Part shown: one piece after another, positions 1-7,632 of the stretch
Layout: every line of letters begins with the position of its first letter
How positions within the stretch are numbered: position 1 is the stretch's first letter
Source of the DNA: Breznakia blatticola
Lineage (GTDB): Bacteria; Bacillota_I; Bacilli_A; Erysipelotrichales; Erysipelotrichaceae
Length of the DNA: 32,000 bases
Direction: 5' to 3'
Assembly: GCF_004365815.1 (NCBI RefSeq)
Contig: NZ_SODD01000001.1
Coordinates: 1 to 32,000 of the forward strand
Made by a program: the position numbers and the translations under genes
The notes under the pieces: generated by a model
What the model saw: only the letters and a program-made list of their open reading frames with translations
Databases searched by the model: none
What the model was told of the DNA's origin: nothing

Positions 1-51
1 TTTTACCATCACAAGAAATGCTTTAAAGACACATAAATTATTCAGTACTTA

Positions 52-765
52 TCAGTGATTTATCGAGACTTGGTATGCACTGGTTGAATTAAGCCTCACT
101 TTAAATTCTTTAAATGTAAATGCAATATCTGCATCATGTCTTTTCAACTTGAAAAACAGAAGTCCTACACCGATTGCACGAGCAATTGTTGTAGCTAAAC
201 CTAAACCAAATACACCCATTCCCATTTTAATAAACAATGCATTTAATCCAATATTAATCACATTGGAAACACCTGTCGCAAACATAGGTGTTCGTGTGTC
301 TTTAATTGAACGAAAACAACTTGATAATATAAGTTGTAAACACAAAAAGATTGCAGGTACAGTCACTATCAAAAAGTATGGTAGTACATAATCAACCACA
401 CTTGCTTCAATACCCGAAATTCGTAAAATTGGTCTAGCAAACACAAAGCAAATAACACCAACAACTACACCAAGGACAAGTCCAATATCGATGGATTGTG
501 TAATTGCTTTATTTGTATTTTTATAATCTTTACGTCCAAAATATCTTGAGACTATCGTACTTGTCCCAACACTTATCGCAGTAAAAAACGCGATGAAAAT
601 ATTCATCATCAAATTGGTAACACTTACTCCTGCAATTGCAATATCATTTAATTGACCTGCAAAGTAGGTGTCCGCTGTTCCGAGCAATGTTTGTAGGATA
701 TTTTCTACAATAATTGGCAATGACAATGTCAAAACACAAAGAATATCCCGTTTTAAAGATTTCAT
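52..765 (-). CDS. MATE-family efflux transporter, N-terminal half only (about 237 aa); probably truncated or a remnant
   Basis: The N-terminus MKSLKRDILCVLTLSLPIIVENILQTLLGTADTYFAGQL is a typical MATE start. The ATG at 765 is preceded by AGGGTGAGGA, and the GTG at 777 lies inside that RBS. The ORF stops at 49-51 after about 6 hydrophobic segments, whereas MATE proteins have about 450 aa and 12 TM. The other minus-strand frames in 1-51 carry stops or do not look like a MATE continuation. Confidence 0.6.
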   Translation of the reverse strand: MKSLKRDILCVLTLSLPIIVENILQTLLGTADTYFAGQLNDIAIAGVSVTNLMMNIFIAFFTAISVGTSTIVSRYFGRKDYKNTNKAITQSIDIGLVLGVVVGVICFVFARPILRISGIEASVVDYVLPYFLIVTVPAIFLCLQLILSSCFRSIKDTRTPMFATGVSNVINIGLNALFIKMGMGVFGLGLATTIARAIGVGLLFFKLKRHDADIAFTFKEFKVRLNSTSAYQVSINH

Positions 766-860
766 TTCGATCCTCACCCTTTTCTATTTCTTCCTAATCA
801 AAGCGTATCATGGACCTTTATTTATAGCGACTCAAACAAATGCAATTTTATAGAAGATGT

Positions 861-885
861 AAAAAGGAACACCTGCTGATGTTCC
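861..885 (-). terminator. Rho-independent terminator after the 180-aa gene
   Basis: The stem ggaaca/tgttcc (866-871 / 880-885) has an 8-nt loop. It is followed on the minus strand by TTTTT (complement of 861-865) and starts 8 nt after the stop codon at 893-895. Confidence 0.5.
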
Positions 886-892
886 CTGTTTT

Positions 893-1435
893 CTATTTCT
901 CTTTTGCCTCTTGGTTTCTTTTCTCATCTAACATAACAAATTCTTCCCAAGGTGTAACATAACTTAACTCTGATGAGTCAAAGTCTTTTTTTTCACTGAT
1001 TACACTATTCATGTATTCTGCTGATTCTAAAATAGGATCTCCTACTTTCTTTGTTTTAAAGAAACTAACATCTTTTCCTTTTTGCAAAAGCATTGCCATT
1101 AAGACATGCGCTTTTACATCTACTTTACCTTCTGTGTATCGATCGATTTCACCTAAGATTTTTTTAACTGTCTCTGTGATTTTATACATATCCATATTGT
1201 CTTTTAGTAACACAAAGTATTGTCCATTAATCTTAACGACTTCTGGACGATACATGACATGCATGTTTTCCACTAAGCCGTGTACTTCGCGTTGAATATA
1301 GGATAAATATTTCTTATGTAAATCATCATTTGCAAAATTATTTACATCATCAAAATCAAAGCTAACAATATAAGACAATTCACTACTTTTAAATCCATGT
1401 GGGACTCTGTCCATTTCTAATACTGGATATTTCAT
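893..1435 (-). CDS. Hypothetical 180-aa cytoplasmic protein, possibly a degenerate GGDEF-like palm domain (see findings)
   Basis: The ORF has the RBS GAAGGAGCAAGA before the ATG at 1435. Its start overlaps the stop of the upstream Cof gene (ATGA at 1432-1435). There is no signal peptide or TM segment. Confidence 0.55.
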   Translation of the reverse strand: MKYPVLEMDRVPHGFKSSELSYIVSFDFDDVNNFANDDLHKKYLSYIQREVHGLVENMHVMYRPEVVKINGQYFVLLKDNMDMYKITETVKKILGEIDRYTEGKVDVKAHVLMAMLLQKGKDVSFFKTKKVGDPILESAEYMNSVISEKKDFDSSELSYVTPWEEFVMLDEKRNQEAKEK

Positions 1436-2247
1436 TCTTGCTCCTTCAAGACATAGTTTTCAATTGCATAAGCAACTCCACTATCATCATTTGATAAAGT
1501 AACTACATCAACTTTTTCTTTTACTGCATCTGGTGCATTTTTCATTGCAACACTTAAACCTGCAACTTCAAACATTGGTAAATCATTGAAGTTGTCACCG
1601 ATACAAACTACATCAGATAAATCAATTCCAATATCCTTACATACCGCTTTAATTGCTAAACCTTTACTTGTCTCAATACTTGAGCATTCAAAGTAGTCTG
1701 GATAACGATATAAACGGATTCCTTCAATCTTTTCCACTTCATCGACCATTTGATTTAAACTATCCACATCATCTTGTAAAGAGATGATTTTTAGATATTC
1801 CGTATCGTGGTCAAGAATGGTTTGCGTATCTACACTATAGTACATATCCATACGATCTTTTTCAGGTGTTACATCTTTATATAAATCATAATCTAGTACA
1901 CCTGGATCTGTGCGCGTACAAAGTGATAAGTTTTTATTTTTAAAGTACGTTCTTACATTATATTTTTGTGCAAGATGTGCAATTTGATCTGCTGCACTTG
2001 CTGGTATTGGGAATGTTCTACTTTTCCCAGCAACACGATAATATCCTCCATTAAAAGTAATATGACTCATTTTTACTGAGATTTGATTCATAATACGGAT
2101 GGTAAAACAGTTTGGTCTACCACTAACAATTGCAACTTCAATACCTGCATCTAACGCTTTACGAATCGCTTTTTTATTTTGCGGCGTTATCATATTGCGA
2201 CTGTTTAATAACGTCCCATCTAAGTCTACACAAATTAGTTTATACAT
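1432..2247 (-). CDS. Cof-type HAD-IIB hydrolase (sugar-phosphate phosphatase family)
   Basis: The N-terminal motif I is MYKLICVDLDGTLLNS (DxDGT). The C-terminal motif is VVCIGDNFNDLPMFEVAGLSVAMKNA (GDxxND). The 271-aa length is typical of Cof/YidA-like proteins. RBS GAAGGTGAAGT. Confidence 0.85.
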   Translation of the reverse strand: MYKLICVDLDGTLLNSRNMITPQNKKAIRKALDAGIEVAIVSGRPNCFTIRIMNQISVKMSHITFNGGYYRVAGKSRTFPIPASAADQIAHLAQKYNVRTYFKNKNLSLCTRTDPGVLDYDLYKDVTPEKDRMDMYYSVDTQTILDHDTEYLKIISLQDDVDSLNQMVDEVEKIEGIRLYRYPDYFECSSIETSKGLAIKAVCKDIGIDLSDVVCIGDNFNDLPMFEVAGLSVAMKNAPDAVKEKVDVVTLSNDDSGVAYAIENYVLKEQE

Positions 2248-2302
2248 ACTTCACCTTCTCTTTCCTTACCTAGTATATCAAAAAATAGCATTTACTTCTC
2301 TA

Positions 2303-2929
2303 TCAATATTCTTTTCCACCACTTACTTTCACATCTTGATCGTATGCAATGCAAGTTGAAATAATCGTAATCGCCACTTCTGTTAATTTCTCTAAAGAAA
2401 TTGAAGGCTTTTTATCTTGAATATCCAAATATGGAACATGAATAAAACCTGCTTTTGTTTGTTTATTTGTGCTTTCTAAAATGTATAAAACTTCATACAT
2501 CACATGATTGCATACATACGTTCCTGCACTATTTGACACACTAGCTTTATAATCATCTGTGTTCAACTTTTCGACAATACGTTTTATTGGTAATGTACTA
2601 AAATATGCGTTCTTTCCAGTTCGCTCAATTGGTTCATCAATTGGTTGATTTCCTGCATTATCTTTAATGCGATAATCATCCACATTAATTGCAACACGTT
2701 CTACACGAATTTCATCAATTCCTCCAGCTAAACCAAATGAAATTACACAATCATAATCCCTGTCTAAATAGGTGCGTAGGATGTTATCCGTTTGTTTGCC
2801 AACAACAGGTAACAATACTGTATCAATTGATGCTCCTTTAAATTCTTTTGGTAATTGTTTTAATAATGCTTCGGTAGGATTGATTGCATCATTTCCAAAT
2901 GCTTCAAATCCAGTAACTAGTATTTTCAT
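2303..2929 (-). CDS. pcp: Pyroglutamyl-peptidase I (pyrrolidone-carboxylate peptidase)
   Basis: MKILVTGFEAFGNDAINPTEALLKQLP plus GTYVCNHVMY (catalytic Cys context) and FIHVP (His) give the canonical Pcp signature. The protein is 208 aa. RBS AAGAGGTG. Confidence 0.9.
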   Translation of the reverse strand: MKILVTGFEAFGNDAINPTEALLKQLPKEFKGASIDTVLLPVVGKQTDNILRTYLDRDYDCVISFGLAGGIDEIRVERVAINVDDYRIKDNAGNQPIDEPIERTGKNAYFSTLPIKRIVEKLNTDDYKASVSNSAGTYVCNHVMYEVLYILESTNKQTKAGFIHVPYLDIQDKKPSISLEKLTEVAITIISTCIAYDQDVKVSGGKEY

Positions 2930-2993
2930 AATACACCTCTTATGTGTATTATCTTATCAAAGCTACACTTTAAATACAAAGTCATATGGATAG

Positions 2994-3026
2994 AAAAAAA
3001 GAGATTCATTTTACCGAACCTCTCTT
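2994..3026 (-). terminator. Probable terminator of the PTS operon
   Basis: The stem aagaga/tctctt (2999-3004 / 3021-3026) is extended by ttc/gaa with a 2-nt bulge. On the minus strand it is followed by a U-run (complement of the A-run 2994-2998). It lies 20 nt after the IIC stop. Confidence 0.5.
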
Positions 3027-3046
3027 TCGCACAATCTATACTATTG

Positions 3047-4408
3047 TTAGGCTACTTTTTCTTCGTCTGTTTTCTTTGCCATATTTCTGTCTCGATTTGC
3101 TTGAAAGAAACAAAGAATTACAAATACACCAACAATAAGTGCTATTCCAATTACAGGGTTTGCAAGAATCATTGTTAAGATCATTGCATCAATACAGTCA
3201 TGTTGAACCCCTTCAACACCGTATGCAGAGAAATCAAACATATTTGATAACATTGCACTTAAGAAGATTAATAAGAATCCATAGATAAGTCCTGAGATAA
3301 TCGCTCCTCTTCTTCCACCTGTTGCATTCCCTAGAATACCAGCTATACCTCCAGTAAAGAATGCTCCAATAATTGATACTAATGGTACTGCTCCAAATAC
3401 TTGCGAACTTACAACCATTGCAACTAACATTCCCGCTACTGCAGTAACAAATCCAATCATTAATGAATTTGGTGCAAAACCGAATAATGCAGGTACATCT
3501 AGACCTGGAATTGCTCCTGGAACCAGTTTGTCTGAGATACCTTTAAATGCAGGTACAAGTTCCCCTAAGAACATTCGAATTCCTTGTAGTAATACAAGAA
3601 TTCCTGCAGTGAATCCTAACGCTTTCATAATTCCAAATAAGATGTAGTTTGTTGAACCACTTAATTCTCCAACACGACTTGGTCCAGCAAGTAATACAAC
3701 TACCATATAGAACACACCCATTACAATCGCTACTGAAATTGATGTGTCTTTAAAGATTTCCAATGATTTTGGAAGTTTTAAATCTTCCGCACTCTTTGAT
3801 TTATCACCTAATAATCCCCCGATATATGCTGAAGGCACAGTTCCTAATGTAGTTAAGTGTGCAATCGCAATATTATCATTGCCTGTAACTTTTCGTACCA
3901 TTGGTTGCGCTAGTGCTGGTAGAATTACCATCATTAACCCTTGAATCACACTACCAATCGCAATGATCATCGTTTCATTGTAATCTGCTCTATATAATGA
4001 GAAAGCTACGACGACTGATAAAATCCACATCATATGACCAGTTAAGAAAATATACTTTAGTGGTGAGAATCTAGCTAAAATTACATTCACTAAGAATCCT
4101 ACAGCCATAATAATACTACTTGTACTTGCAACAATTGGTATTGCACTTTGAAGTGCACCAACTACTGCCTCTGATGATGTCGCAAATCCATTTAAATTGA
4201 ATACATCTGTAAACAATTCAACAAATGGTAATATCTCAGTTACGATAAGTCCTGATCCTGCTGATAATACCAACATACCTAATGCAGTTTTTAGTGTTCC
4301 TGCAAACACTTGTGAAGCTGATTTTTTCTGTAACACCAAACCAATAAGGGCAACTAACCCAAGTACAATTGCAGGTGTCTTAATTACTTCAATTAAAAAG
4401 TCTAACAT
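3047..4408 (-). CDS. PTS ascorbate-family (UlaA/SgaT-type) EIIC permease
   Basis: This is a 453-aa polytopic membrane protein. It starts MLDFLIEVIKTPAIVLGLVALIGLVLQKKS, which is typical of UlaA/SgaT IIC components, and it is flanked by IIB and IIA genes. Confidence 0.9.
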   Translation of the reverse strand: MLDFLIEVIKTPAIVLGLVALIGLVLQKKSASQVFAGTLKTALGMLVLSAGSGLIVTEILPFVELFTDVFNLNGFATSSEAVVGALQSAIPIVASTSSIIMAVGFLVNVILARFSPLKYIFLTGHMMWILSVVVAFSLYRADYNETMIIAIGSVIQGLMMVILPALAQPMVRKVTGNDNIAIAHLTTLGTVPSAYIGGLLGDKSKSAEDLKLPKSLEIFKDTSISVAIVMGVFYMVVVLLAGPSRVGELSGSTNYILFGIMKALGFTAGILVLLQGIRMFLGELVPAFKGISDKLVPGAIPGLDVPALFGFAPNSLMIGFVTAVAGMLVAMVVSSQVFGAVPLVSIIGAFFTGGIAGILGNATGGRRGAIISGLIYGFLLIFLSAMLSNMFDFSAYGVEGVQHDCIDAMILTMILANPVIGIALIVGVFVILCFFQANRDRNMAKKTDEEKVA

Positions 4409-4417
4409 ATGTCCTCC

Positions 4418-4684
4418 CTACTTATTAAAATATTCGTTTAGTTTTTCTTTTACTTCTTGAACATCAACAATGTTATTGATGTACACAACATTATCCATAT
4501 CCGAAAAATTGTCTTTAAAGCCTTCTGCAGTCACAAGCATATCAAATGATTTTCCTTTTACGGTTCCCATATCCCAATGCTCGATATCACATTCACGACC
4601 AAGTTCCTTCATTGCACTATCTACTGTCATTTTTAAAATTAACGATGAACCTACACCGAGTCCACATACTGTAATTATCTTCAT
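4418..4684 (-). CDS. PTS EIIB component (ascorbate/lactose-type, Cys phosphorylation site)
   Basis: MKIITVCGLGVGSSLILKMTV has the UlaB-like CGxGxGSS loop. I moved the start to the ATG at 4684 because AGAGGAGAAATT precedes it. The protein is 88 aa. Confidence 0.85.
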   Translation of the reverse strand: MKIITVCGLGVGSSLILKMTVDSAMKELGRECDIEHWDMGTVKGKSFDMLVTAEGFKDNFSDMDNVVYINNIVDVQEVKEKLNEYFNK

Positions 4685-4700
4685 AATTTCTCCTCTTATT

Positions 4701-5435
4701 TTATAAGCATCCAATCAAATCGCGGTAATTTTTAATATATTCTTTGTTGATATCATCTCCTTCATCTAAGTTTGAACTTACATATATCGGTGGTTGAAAA
4801 CCATTTTCTACACATAACTCAATCACACGTGCACTAATTCCATCCAATACAGTCATTCCAAGAATTGTCGATGTTCCTGTAAATTTAACATCTAAACCTT
4901 CAACTGACATAGCTGCATCTCCTTTAACACACTTCACATCAATTACGATATCTGCTACATCACGTAAGTTCTTACCTGATGAATGACGTGAACCTAGTGA
5001 TTCTGAAAATTGTTTAGAAGTTAAGGCAATGACTTTCATTCCTTTTTCCTTTGCAGCATTTGCCATATCAATTGCTGCAGCATTTCTTCCTGAGATAGAT
5101 ACGATAATCATCGTATCTTTATCTGACGTGTTTTCTAAATCTAAGTATCCTTGCGAGAAGTTCTCAATACGTTCTTGCATCGTACTTAATTTCGCTTTCG
5201 GAAATAATGCAAGATGTGGGATTAACAATGCATTTACTGGAACTAATCCTCCTGCACGATAGAACAGTTCCATTGCAAACATTTGAGAATGTCCACAACC
5301 AAACACATGAATGAGTCGATCACTCATAATGGATTTTGCACAAACTTGTGCAGCTTGTTCAATTTGTGTAGCTTCTTGGCTAAACTGTTGTTCGAGTTGT
5401 TTTAAAACAACTTCTAAAAATTCATTCTGTTTCAT
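4701..5435 (-). CDS. SIS-domain protein of the UPF0309 type (putative phosphosugar isomerase or binding protein)
   Basis: IHVFGCGHSQMFAMELFYRAGGLVPVNALL and VSISGRNAAAIDMA are SIS/UPF0309-like motifs. The protein is 244 aa and has the RBS AAGGAG. The gene is embedded between the IIA and IIB genes. Confidence 0.75.
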   Translation of the reverse strand: MKQNEFLEVVLKQLEQQFSQEATQIEQAAQVCAKSIMSDRLIHVFGCGHSQMFAMELFYRAGGLVPVNALLIPHLALFPKAKLSTMQERIENFSQGYLDLENTSDKDTMIIVSISGRNAAAIDMANAAKEKGMKVIALTSKQFSESLGSRHSSGKNLRDVADIVIDVKCVKGDAAMSVEGLDVKFTGTSTILGMTVLDGISARVIELCVENGFQPPIYVSSNLDEGDDINKEYIKNYRDLIGCL

Positions 5436-5444
5436 CTTTGCTCC

Positions 5445-5888
5445 TTAATAGTTTTGTATTTTTTCTAGTATTGCTTCTTTACTTCCATGTGATTTCAGTA
5501 AAGTAATAAATTCTTGATCTTGCAGCAACATGGCAAGTTTTTGCAACATGTCCATATGAGAATCTTTATCTACTGCTGCAAATGCAAATGCTGCTTTAAT
5601 ATGGATATCTTTAAATTCACTAAAGTCAACATCATGTTCAAATGTAACTAAACTAAGACATGGCTCATTGACTTTATCTCCTGGTTCTCCATGAAACAAT
5701 GCAATCTCTGGTAGTAAAATCATGTATGGACCAAGTTTTTCTACAGTAGCAATCATTGAATCGACATACATAGGTTTGATTTTATCTTTTGCGACAAGTA
5801 GCTTTCCACAGCTTCTTACCGCATCTCTCCATGAATCAACACGTACCTCCGTCTCAACAAATGCTTCATTTAATATATCTTTTAACAT
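5445..5888 (-). CDS. PTS EIIA component (mannitol/fructose/ascorbate PTS_EIIA_2 type)
   Basis: The 147-aa protein carries ...PYMILLPEIALFHGEP..., the conserved His phosphorylation context of EIIA-2. RBS GAAAGGAGGG. Confidence 0.85.
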   Translation of the reverse strand: MLKDILNEAFVETEVRVDSWRDAVRSCGKLLVAKDKIKPMYVDSMIATVEKLGPYMILLPEIALFHGEPGDKVNEPCLSLVTFEHDVDFSEFKDIHIKAAFAFAAVDKDSHMDMLQKLAMLLQDQEFITLLKSHGSKEAILEKIQNY

Positions 5889-5904
5889 GCGCCCTCCTTT
5901 CTAT

Positions 5905-5924
5905 TGGTTATATCATTATAACCA
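5905..5924 (-). promoter_or_regulatory. Candidate GntR/HutC operator, TGGTTATA-tcat-TATAACCA, overlapping a TATAAT box just upstream of the EIIA gene
   Basis: Perfect 8-bp inverted arms are separated by 4 bp. On the minus strand the site reads AACTGGTTATAATGATATAACCA, containing TATAAT (plus-strand 5915-5920), and sits 17 nt upstream of the EIIA ATG. It shares AACTGGTTATAA with the palindrome at 6693-6710. Confidence 0.5.
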
Positions 5925-5949
5925 GTTAATTGAAAATAATACAATTAAG

Positions 5950-6669
5950 CTAGATAGCTAACTTAATTGTAAATTCAAATGTATCTCCACCAGCAACTGT
6001 GGTTGAGTAACAAATCACTTTTTCATCGCAAAACGATGTACGTTTTACTAACATACCAAAATGGTTTTTCTTAAATCCAAGTTTTTTACATTCATCTTCA
6101 GTTAACATACAACCAGAGAATGTTTCAATTGCACGATTGATATTTACATCATACTCATCTTCTAAAGTTTTATATAATGATCTCTCGTTCAAATCAATAT
6201 CCATAACAAAACCATAATGTTGATAACTAAAGTATGTTTTTTCAATCATAATCGGTTCATCATCAGCACAACGCAGACGTTCAATAAATATAATATCTTC
6301 CCCATCTTTGATCCCCAATTGATTGGCAATCTTAGCAGTTGCTTTCATTACTGTTTTTGTTATTACTTTGGTTGATGAAATTCTTCCTTGTTTTTCCATC
6401 TCTCTAGTAAAGCTATACAAGTTTCCTAAGTTTTGAACAATACTTTTTCCTAGTACAAATGTTCCTTTCCCTTGAATCTTTTCTAGTTTACCAGCTTTCA
6501 CCAATTCATCAATTGCTCCACGAACTGTGATACGACTTACTTTATAAATCTTTTCAAGTTCTCGTTCTGATGGTATTGGTTTTCCTTTTTTCCAAACACC
6601 ATCCTCAATGTTCTTAGCAATTTTATTTGCCAATTGATAGTACACTGGAACCTTATCTGTTTTATTCAT
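5950..6669 (-). CDS. GntR-family transcriptional regulator, HutC/UTRA subfamily
   Basis: The N-terminal winged helix is PVYYQLANKIAKNIEDGVWKKGKPIPSERELEKIYKVSRITVRGAIDELV. The C-terminal region of about 150 aa is of UTRA size. The protein is 239 aa. RBS AGGTGGTG. Confidence 0.9.
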   Translation of the reverse strand: MNKTDKVPVYYQLANKIAKNIEDGVWKKGKPIPSERELEKIYKVSRITVRGAIDELVKAGKLEKIQGKGTFVLGKSIVQNLGNLYSFTREMEKQGRISSTKVITKTVMKATAKIANQLGIKDGEDIIFIERLRCADDEPIMIEKTYFSYQHYGFVMDIDLNERSLYKTLEDEYDVNINRAIETFSGCMLTEDECKKLGFKKNHFGMLVKRTSFCDEKVICYSTTVAGGDTFEFTIKLAI

Positions 6670-6687
6670 ATAACACCACCTACTTTC

Positions 6688-6715
6688 ATTATAACTGGTT
6701 ATAACCAGTTGTCAA
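6688..6715 (-). promoter_or_regulatory. gntR promoter (TTGACA-16-TATAAT) whose spacer is filled by a perfect 18-bp palindrome, AACTGGTTATAACCAGTT (6693-6710)
   Basis: The minus strand reads TTGACAACTGGTTATAACCAGTTATAAT. The -35 is at 6710-6715 and the -10 at 6688-6693. The palindrome resembles NagR/DasR-type HutC operators (TGGT-N-ACCA core). Confidence 0.65.
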
Positions 6716-6720
6716 TACAA

Positions 6721-6757
6721 AACAGAAAAAAACCAGCATCTCTTGATTAGGACACTG
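6721..6757 (-). terminator. Possible terminator after the 253-aa lipoprotein gene
   Basis: The minus strand reads CAGTGTC..GAGATGCTG, a 7-bp stem including two G-U pairs, followed by TTTTTTT (complement of 6726-6732). The stem is weak. Confidence 0.35.
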
Positions 6758-6794
6758 TTTCTTAAAGGTATTTACATTTATGATTTGTCATTAA

Positions 6795-7556
6795 CTAGTC
6801 TATGATTTCTGCTATCACTTTACCATTTTGTGCTTGAAGTTGATCAATTTTTTCATCAATTTGTATATCTTTTTTCTTATTGATATCTAAGTATTTGTTT
6901 CTACTATTGAAAACCATATACGGATTCACATTGCATTTGGTAATACTTGATTCAATGAATCCATCTTTACCAATAACAAATTTCTCATATGCTTTTTCTG
7001 GTGCATAGTTTGCACTTTGTTCATATTCCGTATGATATGCATCATATTTTACAGAAACTTCAATTTTGCCATCCACTTCTCTTTTTGTGTACTTCATATT
7101 TTCAGGGCGATGTACATCTGAATTTCGTGCATTTAATTTCTTAATTAAAACATCTGACGAATTTGTTTCTGTATTTTCAAATGCATAAATACTTGTATCA
7201 TTTTCATCGTAGTCAACAAACGAATAATAGAGCGTTCCTTTTGCATCATCAATGTTATACAAATCAACTGTTTCACCATTTAACGTCACAAATTCAAAGT
7301 TTTCCCAGTACATTACACCATCTTTTGTTTTTAGATGTTCGCTATTCATGTACACAGTATTTGCCACATTACCATTTACTTTCTTATGTTCGCCTCGATA
7401 ATATGTCACATTTTCATTGAAATGATCAATTGCTTTATCATATGTTTCTTTCGCACTGAGATCATCATACATATCTAAAGCACTCTTTTCTTTACTACAA
7501 GCGCTTGTTGCAAAAAGCAACATACACACACTCACTACTTTTATTACTTTATTCAT
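6795..7556 (-). CDS. Lipoprotein of unknown function (253 aa)
   Basis: MNKVIKVVSVCMLLFATSACSKEK has a lipobox (F-A-T-S-A-C). I moved the start to the ATG at 7556, which is preceded by ACAGGGGGAACT. I recognise no family. Confidence 0.7.
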   Translation of the reverse strand: MNKVIKVVSVCMLLFATSACSKEKSALDMYDDLSAKETYDKAIDHFNENVTYYRGEHKKVNGNVANTVYMNSEHLKTKDGVMYWENFEFVTLNGETVDLYNIDDAKGTLYYSFVDYDENDTSIYAFENTETNSSDVLIKKLNARNSDVHRPENMKYTKREVDGKIEVSVKYDAYHTEYEQSANYAPEKAYEKFVIGKDGFIESSITKCNVNPYMVFNSRNKYLDINKKKDIQIDEKIDQLQAQNGKVIAEIID

Positions 7557-7604
7557 AGTTCCCCCTGTTTTATATAATTTTAACATATTTACAATTTGAA
7601 CCAT

Positions 7605-7632
7605 AAAAAAAAGCCATAGGATATCCTATAGC
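7605..7632 (-). terminator. Rho-independent terminator of the citrate synthase-icd operon
   Basis: The minus strand GCTATAGGATATCCTATGGC forms a stem of about 9 bp (one G-U pair) followed by TTTTTTTT. The 5' arm overlaps the icd stop codon (7626-7628). Confidence 0.65.
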
